Assembly (NCBI RefSeq): GCF_964355755.1
Contig: NC_092671.1
Span: 5,828,001-5,892,000 of the forward strand
Source: Antedon mediterranea
Lineage: Eukaryota; Animalia; Echinodermata
Length of the DNA stretch: 64,000 bases
Direction: 5' to 3'
Below the pieces are notes generated by a model that was not told the DNA's origin, ran no database searches, and was given only the letters and a program-made list of their open reading frames with translations. Each line of letters opens with the position of its first letter. The first letter of the stretch is position 1. Made by a program: the position numbers and the translations under genes. Shown here in pieces: positions 27,250 to 40,520 of the stretch.

Positions 27250-27645
27250 CCTTCGACAACTAACCAATCAGAGCTCATCACTCCCATGACATACTGTCGG
27301 CCTAAAGATGAGAATACATTTAGTAACCTTGATTTCGTAATATTGATTAATATCAAGATTGTTCAGGTAGGCCTATTATATGGCCCCCTGTGCTTACTTG
27401 AAATCCCGATTAAATATTTATTTTACTCCGACAACCAACCAACAAGCGCTCAATACTCCGATGGCATAATGTTGGCCTAGATGAGAATACATTTAGTGTG
27501 ACCACGATTTCGTAATATTGATTAATATCGGGATTTTTTAGGTAGGCCTATATGGCCCTGGGCTTCTTACTTGAAAATCCTATGTTATTCCTTCCCAACT
27601 AACCAATCAGAGCTCATCATTCCTATGACATACTGTCGGCCTAAA
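27250..27645. repeat. Tandem ~170-bp repeat, ~2.3 copies, carrying CCAAT boxes
   Basis: CAACTAACCAATCAGAGCTCATCA...ATGACATACTGTCGGCCTAAA recurs at ~27257 and ~27596, with a diverged copy at ~27431. Confidence 0.75.
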
Positions 27646-30066
27646 TAAAAATGGATCGTAATTTACAATTTGTTGTCACCTTCTTTTCATTTAGTTAATT
27701 AAACTACAAAAACTAACAAATGGATTTTTTTTTTTTGTTGGTACAGTATTGTAAGTTTTTAAAATTATTTCGTTTTAATTTGATAAGCACCCACGTTTAC
27801 ATAATATGCCACTGTTTTACTCGATAAGGATATCTGTTGTGATATCAGGAGAATATATGTGAATTTCGATTCAACATTTCGTTTCTTATTTTTAAAACAT
27901 CACATGACAACACATATCCAAATATAAACCCGTGTAAACAAGCTCCTGCTTATTTTTTGTTGGGTTTTTTTGCTTTAAATTACAGTTTTTTCAGGTAAAT
28001 AATAAAGGTTTTACTTTCGGATCTGTATATCGATTGATCATTAGACTGATTGGCTTCATCGATTATTGATTGATTTAAAATCGAGTTTTACAGATCGTTG
28101 CCAGCCTTCCGAAATGTTTATCTGTTAAAATCGGTAAAAATTATTTAAAGAATCAATCAATTTTCCATCAAAAAAAAATTTGCATCCGGGTCGTCAAGTG
28201 TGTACATTGACATGGGCTATCATTCCCATCCCACTACCTAACTGTAAATTCAAATTCCGGACCTAATTTTATTTTCGCCGTTTCTGAATGAAATTTTTAA
28301 ATTTAATACTAAATATTAAACCTTTACGAACATGAAGTTTCAATTTATACTATTTTAATAAATTTTAAAAAGTATATATAGGAACCTATTTATATATGTT
28401 AAATATTGTTGTATTTATTTTATTTCAGGCGGTTTTAATATAACGCCTTACACATATAGGCCTAATATAATAGACTGTAGGCCTATACAAAATATACATG
28501 AACAATACAGGAAGCCCTATGAAAATATAAAGCAGGCCTATTGTGCACCTACCGACCTCAAAATTGTTTTAATGACGATAATGTTTAATTCAATGGTCTT
28601 TTTTATTGAATGTTTTAAAGTCACGTATGCAAAAGTTTGTATTTTTAATTGTTATATTCCGGGTCTCGTATTAAGTTGTTGGTAGTCGTGACCGCCGAGT
28701 TCACGATGATGACATCATCATTATTCGCTTACTCCATGATGTCGTCATCATAATTTGCTTTCGGGTTGGGAGAGATTCGCAGCTCTGGAAACGTAATGCA
28801 CAAATTGCACATTGGGGCATGTCATCTGATATTCAAGTGGTAGGCAAGTGCGGACTTCAATGCTGAGTACGACTTTGGAAATGTTCCAATTTTGGGACAG
28901 ATGATTTGCTTGTATAGGATATAAACATAATATGTTAACTGGTACTTAATTTTGAGGAATATAGTATTGCAATTATCATTATAGGTTCAAAAACATTTTG
29001 AGTTCCGCATCGTTGAGCCAGTGGCGGGTTTAGTCAGACTCCTCCACCACCATTTCGCAGCAAGGCCCAAGGTGAATCCTGTCACTCAGGCAGGTATGAA
29101 TGGTTGACAACTTGTTGCTGTGTTGAATGTTCGGAATCTAAAGATACAGGATATCATGTTAAAATGGTAAGCACACCACTGATATTATAGGCCTAGCTTT
29201 TTTGAATGAGTATTTAAGTAAGTGTTAAGTAATACCATATATAAGAATAGCTCCAATGTCGTCATTTAAGTTCATTCAAGAGTGTAAAAAATGTGACAGT
29301 CATTCAGGTCGAAACGACCGAGTAAAGATTGATAGGTAACATAGGCGGATCCACATAGGCCTACCAGACTTGTTGCTGTATTGGAATACACATAGGGGCA
29401 TGTCATCTGATATTTAAGTGGTAGGCAAGTGTAGACTTAATGGAATGTAAGACTTCACAAGCAAGAGAGCTGTGGTGTAATGAGACAGCAATGTTTAAAA
29501 CTTAACATTTAAAAGAGACATTTTTTAAAAACAATTTTAGCAAATAATTATCAGAATAGAAGGAAAATTTATGTCATTCAAATATTTTTTTCTATTCATT
29601 CTAGTTTAGGGTAGACCTATAATTTCAACCGATTGGTGATCTTTAAAATAGTAACCTTAAAAGATGTTTTATATTATTGTATTGTTACCATTTCTGTTTT
29701 AATTTTATCTACTAATTCTATCTAATGATAATCTATTAATCCATTAATATACATTTATATATTTTTTTCTCCTTTCAATGTATAATTTTCTTGTTTGTTC
29801 ATCAGTTTGATAATTGTGATACTGTAGTTTTATTTTTTTCATACGGCCTTGTGGAAGAATACATTTTGTTGTGAACGAGCCTTCATTTTAAAATAAAGAT
29901 TTTAGTATTATTATTATAGTGTGTTTCAATGCTCTATGGTATATAACTGACTGAAAGATAATATGTATGATAATATGATAATATACCATAACACAGGATT
30001 GTCTGGTTTAAGAGTTCAATCCACACACTCTGTAAACAATTAAGTTTATTATTCAAAGTATGTTTA

Positions 30067-30865
30067 TGTTATGCGCGATTTGAACGATTTGCGCAATTTG
30101 AAATTGCGCAAAAAAATCCTTGCGCAATTTGAAATTGCGCAAAGAATTCTTGCGCAATTTAAAATTGCGCAAGGATTTTTTTGCGCAATTTCAAATTGCG
30201 CAATCAACTTGCGCAATTTCAAATTGCGCAAGAAAATCTTTGCGCAATTTTAAATTGCGCTGCACAATTTGTAAATTGCGCAAGATAGTTCTTGCGCAAT
30301 ATGACACCTTTGCGCAATTTGAAAACGAACTGTAAATTTTCCCATACATGGCTAGGCTAGGCCTAGGCAGAGGAGTTTAAAATTTAGTATTTTATTATAT
30401 AAATAAGACCATTTCAATGAAGATAATGTTTAATACTCACTTTTTAAGTTTTTAATATTAGTTTAAGCTAGGCCATGTAACCTAGTCAGTATCAGTAGTC
30501 CAGACCCTAGCTAGGCTAGAGTAGTATAGCCGGCCGCCCGCGCCGCGCCCGCCTGGTGGAACACCACCGCTTCGTTTTCCTTCGTCGGTTCTTCGACGGT
30601 ATGCTAACTTATAACAATATTTGCACTACTAAAATAAGGAAATGCGATATTTATCTTTAATTTTGAATCATTCTTAGAAATTACTATAAAAATATGGGTG
30701 TGCATGATTTCACAATCTGTCGAAAAACCTTGCGCAATTTGCAGATTACTTGCGCAATTTAATACGTTGCTTGCGCAATTTGAAACACATGTTTCAATTC
30801 AAATTGCGCAAGGATTTTTTTTGCGCAATTTCAAATTGCGCAAATCGTTCAAATCGCGCATAACA
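30067..30865. mobile_element. Non-autonomous Ginger-like DNA transposon (TGT...ACA termini, 4-bp TSD)
   Basis: TIR of ~65 bp beginning TGTTATGCGCGATTTGAACGATTTGCGCAATTTGAAATTGCGCAA. TSD TTTA at 30063-30066 and 30866-30869. About 20 TTGCGCAA palindromes in the subterminal regions. Confidence 0.75.
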
Positions 30866-33800
30866 TTTATATTAGAGATTGGTTTATAATTAATAAATCA
30901 AGTAGAAATGGATGCATTATTAAAAATCACCAATTGCTTACTGTACTGTAGGAATTAAATTGAAAATAATGTGCAGATTCGCAGAAAAATAGTACATTTT
31001 TTAGAATTTTTAAAATATAATAAAAAATGGCAAATTTCAGATAAAATTCACATAATCAGAGTACAGTAGATGCATTTCTAACATTTTATTGATTGTTCAG
31101 GAATTTTTGGTATCCTCCTACTCATAATATTTTACTGTATGTACACTTCTGTATTTACACTCCATAAAAAAAAAATGTGTTATATTCCATCTAGATAGAG
31201 GTGTTGTTTTAATTTTTCTGTGGTATTTATCGTGTCATGTTTTTCAAATTTATGATCCGGATTAGAAATTGTATGGAATATCATATTTCAAATTCATAGT
31301 TACAATGTAGCAACAGTCAGTTAGTACATACAGTTGGTACGTGTAGCCTGATTACAATAAGGAATTATCTCATCACGTTCTTATCGTTTACTTGAATCTC
31401 GGTTATAATCGTATAATCCTGCCACAAATCAGTTTCAGTTTTGATGTGTGTGATTTTGTTGCTATTAAAATTCATCAGCCTTATTCTTTATTCTACCTTT
31501 AGGCTTAAGCGATAAAATTCAATAAACGACAAACAGTTTTGCCTTTAAGGTTAAGTCGTGAATTTTGAATGGTAATAAATTGTATTTGTGTTTAACAAGA
31601 TTTAGAGTAATAGACAGATATTCATTGGATTTAATGTGTGAATAATGTGCATTTTGCCAACAAAGATGGATTTACAATTTAACAGTTATCAAATTTAAAA
31701 GGTTACATGGACAATTGTACTGTAGACTGCCCTGTACAACTATAGTCAGGTTGTACTACAGTATACAGATTACATACTGTACTTGAGCAGTCTCACCAAA
31801 ATATTATAGTAAATGTACCAAGTACCGTAGGAAATAAAAAAAATCGTAGAGCTACACTGAGTAATGTAGCCCTATATGAAGAACCTCACTTCTCATGCAG
31901 GATGCTAATCGCTGGTGTGTGGCACTGGTATTGTGACTGTTAAAATCTACTATTTATTTTAACAAATTGTCTTTAAAATATTCAACTACAGTACAGTACT
32001 ACTGTATACTGTATATTCATAGTCCAATTACAGTAGTAAGTGATTGTAAACTTAAATTTTGTTTAGTAAAAGTAAATGTTGCTATATCGGCATACCGATA
32101 TTAATATAGACCAATAAAAGATGAATTGATGAATTCAACTATGTGTGTAGGTCTATTACTTTACAGTCAACTCATCCCAAAGCAGAAAATCTAGCTATAC
32201 TAATGTACTCTTAAAAAATATATTTTTAATAACCAAACCCAAAATATGTCAGATTTTAATGCGATTAGACAAACAGACAAACAGCCAATCAAATTAAAAC
32301 ATTAGATCACAATTTAGTTTGTTTTGTATACTGTACACAACAAACCTAAAGTAATACTGTATAATATATATAATTTAAATACTGTATACTGTATTTCTAA
32401 TAATTTGCTATTCCAATGATTGTATATTTAAATAGTAATTTCCAACACTGTCAAGTACTACCTGTACAGTATGAATTATACTGGCACCTGCCAAAATTTC
32501 CTATGGCTATAAAACGCATGGCATTTCAAACGAGAATTCATTCCAAGATTTATTGTACACCTGTAGTGTTTTAAATGCATTGTTGTTTACTTCAAACGAG
32601 GTTTAATTTAATAATTGAGAAACAAAATTAAGGAGTCTAATAAATTATTTTAGTTGTTTGTCGGAGGACTATACACAGTATGAATCCATCATATAACTAA
32701 ATCTTTTGGGAATATAGAATATTACTTTACACACACGTTTTGTGTAATTTACATGATGTTTTTTAATTTGTTTTAAATCATTCTTTAACAAAAATGAAAT
32801 CTCACCATTTCATTTTCTACTTCAAATTTCCTTGTCTGAAATAATTGGAAAATACAGTACCTTGAACTTTGACATTGTAATGTAATTGAACAGTTTACAT
32901 TGAAGAACAACCCCATCTATGAATGGTGCCAAATTTAGCGACGCATTGTGATTGAATAGCGCCACATTCAGCTAAAAACCTATTTAATAGCGCCACATAC
33001 ACAAAAAACATTCAGTAGCTTCATATTCAAATAAGAACCTTTCTAAAAAAACACTAAAACATTAGTTTGGGCTGTTTGCACATAGAAATCCTACTGTAGA
33101 CTATACAAATTTCTTGATTTCGTGTTTAATGTTATTTTCTCAAATCATTTTGTGGCACACATTCCTTTATCAATTAACAACATCATATATCATTTTTTTT
33201 AAGCTGCAGAAACTACAGTATCAGTATCTGTATTCGTAACGTACAAACACCATCTCTGGTTATCGCGTACGTTGGGTAGGGTCATGTACAAAAATAATCA
33301 TTTATTGCAAAGTGTGCTTTTGAGAAATTACTTTCGATGTCAACGAAAATGTAGAATATTAAATCTGTACTATCGAACGACAGATTAAATGAATTATGTA
33401 TGAAGTCTAGCATGGAACAGGCTTTGTAAATAACACTGTATTGTGGCTGCCAGTCAATTGTACCAGGTAGTGTTTGGAGTTTTGATGGGAATCTAAACAT
33501 CTGTATGCGGTACAATATGGATACAGATCTATGTACAGGTCAACCTTTGTTTACTATGATTTCATTTACTAGATATACACTGATGAAATTTACTTAGGGC
33601 CGGTTCAGACCTACGTAGTTATGCTTTCGTGTCGTATATGAAAGTAAACCTTGATCAACATGGTATGTAAAACAACAGGGATATACACAAACGATAAATG
33701 ATTTATTTATAGTTATTTTATTTATTAAACCTAAAGAGGATAACCCTAAACAGCATATGCTGACAATCAAGAGGCCCTCGTATTAAACATGTAAAACAAA

Positions 33801-35897
33801 CATATATGAAAAAAATAATAGGTCTAAATAAAAAGTTATATACTATACATGCAACTATACAAAAATATACAAGTATACACTATACAAAACAAAGTGATTT
33901 TTCTTTCTGCATCAAATACTGTACTTATAAATTATCTATTGACACCGCATATCTTAATTTGCAGGGTAGCATATTCAGATAGGTTGGTGCTCAGTAGATA
34001 AAACTTGCTGGAAGTTTTGGTTCTAGGAAAAGGGACAACGCCAAATTTCCTCTCACCGGCACTTCAAGTACATTGATTGAGAATTCTGGCAAGACGCAGG
34101 TCAATAGTGATATGTGTCTTTAGGCTTTATATAATTCTTCTCTACCTACAGTAGGCATTGCGCCATCATGATTACAAAAATGACTTAAAAAAAATATGGT
34201 GAATAGACTATAATAAAAGAGTACAGGTTATTTGTTGTTTCTTCTTTTGTTAAATTCTTGACAGTTTCCCAGGCATGCAATTAAACTGTATAGCTGAAAT
34301 ACAATGACTATCAACTTTGCACAAATAACTACCATTCCATAACCAAGGACTAAAGGACACAATATAATACCAATTGTCTAATTACAGTATTATGCTTTAC
34401 TTCTCATGTTCAGTAAAGTACAGTCTGTCTCTCAGGCAGAATAATATTAATACAATAATAGTATACAGTGAATGATATAAATGATCATGTACATGGAAGG
34501 AAATGCTAATAAAAATGTATTGATTTATTATTTTACATAAATATATGTAGAGCTTTAAAGTAAAAATAATTAATAGGTTGAATTATAATTTTTATATTAC
34601 ATGGATATTTTTATATATCTCCTTGTGATGTAACTTGTATTATATTGTATCTATTTTAATGCAGACATTTAGCAAAATTTACTTTTAGATACAGTATAGT
34701 AATACATTATTAATTGTTATAGGATATTGTAGTAGGCCTCTATAGTTTCACATAATTAAAGCGAATGTGCATATACACTGTACTGTTGTAAATGAAGTAT
34801 AATTTCTAGAAGCACATTACTTACATAATAAATAAATAATAGTACAGTACTGTTAATTCTAGTATTTTAAACATTTTATTCATTATCTAAAGACATATCA
34901 CTGTACAGTATAACAAACAGTATTAAATAGTAAGAAGAAAATAATAAGATAAATGTTTCACTTCTAATATAGAAATCGTTCCTCCTTTTTTGCACTTGAA
35001 TTTCAAGAGGTTGTAATCAATACAAGAAGTAATTTTTTACTCTGTAGCTCATTAAGTATGCGTTAATCCCATTCCTTCCATCTTATAATTTCCAATTTTA
35101 TTATGCCACATCATTCATTCCTTTTGTTACAATCGTTCCTAGTGCTTGTTGCTAGGCAATCAACCTGCCATCTTAAGTGTTGTCATGCATGATGAGTTAT
35201 TTTGAAAGTTCTTTGATTGAAGCCAAGACAGTCGTGTTTGAGTACATTTGTCTGTCTATTCCAATGATTGGTTTGTGTAATTTAGTCATTGCTAAGAGAA
35301 AGATTATCTTTTCCCATGTGGGAAAGCAAGTACAGTACTATACTTGGCAAAATATTTTTTTAATTTAATATTTAATTAATCAATGGCTTTCTATTTTGCT
35401 TCAGACATTACAAATAAGTATAAATTATTTAAAAAATATTAAGAATTTAAGTTGATAAATTCAAAATATAGAGGTGTTTAATAGAAGTTATTTCTTGCGT
35501 TTCAAACAATATCTATATTATTTTGTACTGTATGTACTTGTTTTTTTTTTGTTGCAGTACAATACATTTTAAATGTTCACATGAATAATGTTGCATAAAT
35601 TATAAAATAATAACAAATTATAATGTAAAGAAAGCACATTTGATTATAATTAACCTTGCACTAATTGCTTTCCTCTGGAGTATTCATTATAATTAATTTA
35701 AAATATGTTATTTTCATTTTGAGACATAAGAGCAAGTTTTACGGTGATAGCACTTAGCTTTCAACTTTCATGATTGTTCTTGACATAATATTCAATAATT
35801 TATTCAAAATAATTGATACACAAAAGTCCCACAGGCTAAATTGATAGCTTCCTTTGCTGTTTCAGTGACGACATACAAGTAAAGTACTACTGTATAA

Positions 35898-36053
35898 AGC
35901 TCTGTCTACACTTTATGTGACAAAAAAATGTAATGTGCCCATATATGGACATGATGATGTCATATCACTACCATATTTGGGGGGTATCACTACCATATTT
36001 GGACACATCACACTTTTTTTGCGATAAACTAGTTTGATAGTGTAGATAGAGCT
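35898..36053. mobile_element. Harbinger-type MITE family A
   Basis: Family A TIRs and internal repeats. Confidence 0.8.
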
Positions 36054-37570
36054 TTAGATAATAACATTATATTTAATATTTTATATATAAACTATTGAAA
36101 CTATTTCTATTTGAATTTTTTTAATAACATTTTAATAATTTGTTATTTTAGATGAATGTACTGCTATATTAAAACCTTGTTTGTGTTATATTTTTAGATA
36201 GAAGGCTCAAATGTTAAATTAAATGAAACATTAAAATTAATATTTTTCATTTCATTTCAAAATTTGTCCAATGGAAACGATAAATCAAAATCTCTTACTT
36301 TAAATTTAAATAGGAAATTGGAAGGGATATATCAGTCAAGTTATTAATACGACAGCATCTCATCAGTGTACTGATAGTAGCAAGTCCAGGTGCCTGGAAG
36401 TAACCACTTAATTATCTCTTTAAAACACTGCAATTATTTGCTTGCACTTTCTCCAAAATCTACACCAGGATCACATTTTCGCTTTTCTTGTACCCCTTTC
36501 AAAGCCCTGTTTTACCCTCTCCGGTAACTGAAAGTGACATGGGGGTAATTAGGCCCCGAAAAGGATTTTCTTGTTACACGATGCAGGAGCTAGCCTTCAC
36601 TGCTCAGGAAATTTAATTTTTGAATCGGTACTATTTAGCCTTGCAGCTTGTTATGTGCATCATTAGTTTCGAATTTGCATATTTCAGATGTCTGCGTGGT
36701 AATCATGACGTGATAATTAGTTGATACCATCTTTTTTTTTTACTTTGTCACTCTTGGCCCCGTTCAAGATGTATAGACGACAGTACAGCTTCCAAAGTGC
36801 TTTCCAAATAAATATTTTGTATATATATAATAATCAACAAATTTGTTTTATCCCTTCCCGAACGAACATAACCAATACATTACTATTCCAGTTATTCACC
36901 ATTGAAAATTCGCCAACAAGATGGTGCCCGTCAATCAACTTCTAGTAATTAACCAAATTGCCACTCATTATGTAAATCAAAGAGTTACTTTTAAATAAAT
37001 TTCTGACAATTTTTTGAAAACCAACTATCTGTTGACAGTTGATAAGTTGTCATTTCCTTTGTCAGAAAACCATTTTACATGCTCTATTAACTTTACATTA
37101 GAAACCACAAAAATCAAACAATATTCATGATTCCAATGGCAATCCCTCATAGCTTTTTGTTGACACAATGCTAAGATAAGGTAAAGTTATTTTTGCCAGT
37201 CCTTGGCTTTTATGAATATGAATTATAAATTGAAATACAATTTAAAAAAATACTATAAACTATGTCAACAGTTTTTGTTGTCTTTTTAATTTTGTTTAAA
37301 ATTTTTATTTTTTTTTTACAATCAAGGTTTATTGTTGACCAAAATAGATTAAGTTTTACCCTGTTTATTCACGGTGTGATCCGGAAACTATTTTAATCTA
37401 GTACAATTATGTCTTTAGAAATAGTTTTAAAACTTGGACCGTAAAATCGAACTAAATAAAACCAAAACAAACATTTTTTTTTCATAGAAAATAGTTTCCC
37501 ACTAGAGGGCGTGATTCGCGGATGGCACCATTATATATTATGGATGCTCTGCTGCTATTAATCGACTATT

Positions 37571-37767
37571 CAGGCCTTGTCTTTTAAAGCGAGCGAGTGC
37601 GATCACTCACCTAACACACTCCTAAACTGCCCTGGAGGAGTGCGATTTACAAAACGCTTAAATTTGGTAAACTTCTACACAATACAAACAGCACACCTAC
37701 AGCACCCCTGAATGTATTGAGGAGTGCAATTTGTAGCACACCTATAATTTTCAAAAGACAAGGCCTG
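37571..37767. mobile_element. MITE with 15-bp perfect TIR and 6-bp TSD (hAT-like CAG termini)
   Basis: CAGGCCTTGTCTTTT...AAAAGACAAGGCCTG flanked by ACTATT at 37565-37570 and 37768-37773. Confidence 0.75.
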
Positions 37768-40520
37768 ACTATTGTTCGTTTGTATAATAATGTTCATGAA
37801 AAACTTAAACTTCAGGTATACATTATATAAAAAAGTATTATTTAAAATTAATTAATTTAAAAAAATTCTTACAACCCTTCGGCCAAGATAAACTCACAAC
37901 TGAGGCGGCATACTGTAAGAACATGACTATTATTTAATTTGATACTTGAGGGAAATTACCAATACTCTCCACATATTTATATTTAGGTTTTTTCAATACT
38001 ACAAATGAAGCATAATTTATTGATTCTTGTTACTCCTTTGATGACGTCAATTATGCAACTATTCAATAACTACAACTAAATTAACAATAGGCCAAATCTA
38101 GAATGTTCCTTTTATACAATAGTTTGTAATCCACGGTCCCAAAGCTTAATTCTTGTTCGTCTCAATGGTTCCAAATTCTTTCTAACTCTATACAATTTAT
38201 ATTATTCTAGCTAGACGTTGTATTTGTGGTTTGTTGATAGCAATCAACTGTAATTCTTTGAACCTGATGATTTCTAACAATGACAAGGTGTGGTGGATAT
38301 TTCCTGTTATATTTTGGTTTATAAGAAAAAGTAAACATTTTAATATCATAATATTGACTCTCATTTCAGACAGTTAGTAAATAAGTAGGCGTTTATTTGG
38401 ATGTTATACGTTTATTGCCATGGCCCACTCCAAAAAAGGGTGGTGCATTTATATAAAAAACAAATACAATTTTATACACAAACAAATAATAGTGTTAATA
38501 GTAAAGGTTAAAAAAATAATTCAAATTCAAAACAAACCATTAAAAATCAAAATGCATCATCCAGAGAAATAGTATAGTATAATTAAATAAAATCATTGTA
38601 GAATCATATAATTTAAATATTATATATTTATATTGATTACTGTACGTTTTAGCTTTTTTGTGGGAGTGGCACGCCTAATTGGCAACAGAAGCTATTGGCC
38701 TCTTTTGCATGCCACTCCTTGGTGCAATTTAGCTATTTTTTTTGTATTGTCATGTCTATATAACTTTGCCGAAATTAATAAAATGAAATAAAAAAAAATC
38801 ATAATTTTTATTTTGATAATTTTAGAATCATATCTATAATGAGATATTGATATGAATATTAAACTATAAATATGAATAATGCATGAAGTTGCAGCAACTG
38901 GTTATGTAATGTTTGACCTTATAAAGGTCACCAAGTTATTTGATTGGAAAGTTTAATTTGAATTTTAAATGAATGAAAGATTATCTCCTGCATAATGGTA
39001 GTATAAATAGCTGGAGCCATTTTAACCTTTGAATCCTGGACCTAGAAATTTGATATATCATAGTGTGTGACTTTAAATTAGGTCGAAATAAACGTAGGTC
39101 TAGTGGCTTTAAATATAGGTCCATTTTTAACACGGAAACTGGGTTAGAAGATCTTATCTGTGTTGGTAATTATTATTTTACATTTTTACCATTCCTTTTT
39201 ATCTCTCTTTTCAAAATTAAAAGATCCCCATAAATACTACAATACAATGATGTAAGGTATTCACATGAAAGGGTGTAGGTCTATGAAGTATTAAAAAGCC
39301 CCTGTCTGATCATCTTTGGGGTTCATTTCTAATTATAAATTTTCAACAAGTAGTCTGTCTTTCTTATTGGCTACAATACGAAGGCTCCGATTGGTTGAAA
39401 TTGAATGCTTGATTGACAATCTGGAAGTGTTAATTAAATAAAAACATACGTTATAAATTTATTTTTTACAAACCATGTAATTTGTATTTGTGTTAAAAAA
39501 TTGGAAAGATCTGTGCCTGTTAGAAACACCTGTTGAGTTTACCCATTGGGAATGAATATGATTCATTGTAATGCAATCAAATATATAGATGGAGATTCCA
39601 GGCATGCTATGTCGTCAGTACAGTAGACATTACATCATTGCCTATAGCATTTAATATTACTGTGTTGGGTGGAGTAATAGGGCTTGTGACTTAAGGGCAG
39701 TTGTGACAGTTAGTTCACATGGCTGTTGGTTTATGACCAAAAAAAAATCTAGTAGATCATTTTTTATGCTACTGTATGTCACAGGGTAAATGCCCTCCAA
39801 TGCTGGAGTACAGTAGTTGCATTGGAATGCTCATGCTCTGGGGCCCCTCGAGCTCTACTGTAGGGCCTCTGGGTTTAGCCAGTGAGCGCTCATAGCCGTT
39901 AAGCCACTGTGTGCGAGTTCAATAAAATGAATTGTACTTTTTTTATAAAAGTTTAAAAAGAATTTATTCAGTGAATACTGTTAGTTTGTGAACCAATAGA
40001 AATAGAAATTAGTGATGATTTCAGCATTAAATAAAAACAAATACATTTAACCTAACAGATTGGGTGTACAAACTAATTCCATTTTCTCATAAACTGAATA
40101 TTTCTAATTAGATAGATTGACCTTGTTTCTGAATATTACAGAAATAGTATTTCTTCAAAGACAGATGTTTTTTTGCAGTCATATGGTACAATTGAATTTG
40201 CATTGCCACAGTAGTATGCAAACATTCAATATGCTCTAACGTATTATTTGTTGTGTTTATTTTAGTAATGTAAATATAATATTTCTGTTTTCAAACTTTT
40301 TAATCTTTTAAATTTATTGTTCTTACAGAAAATGCTTCAAAGTTTGCGTGGAATATTTTAGTGATAAGTTGGAACATTTTATACTGACTGCAAACACATT
40401 ATTATATTCATCAACAATACAAATACGATGGAATTATATTAAAAAACCTTGGAAAGGAAACCAGGAATTTATATGTATACTTGACTCTTTTTCTTAGTAC
40501 TGTAGAGGATATCGACGAAA

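Noticed and set aside
30071-30335. Repetitive ORFs (LRNLKLRK / AQFEIAQ)
   Set aside because: These are translations of the TTGCGCAA subterminal repeats of the transposon.
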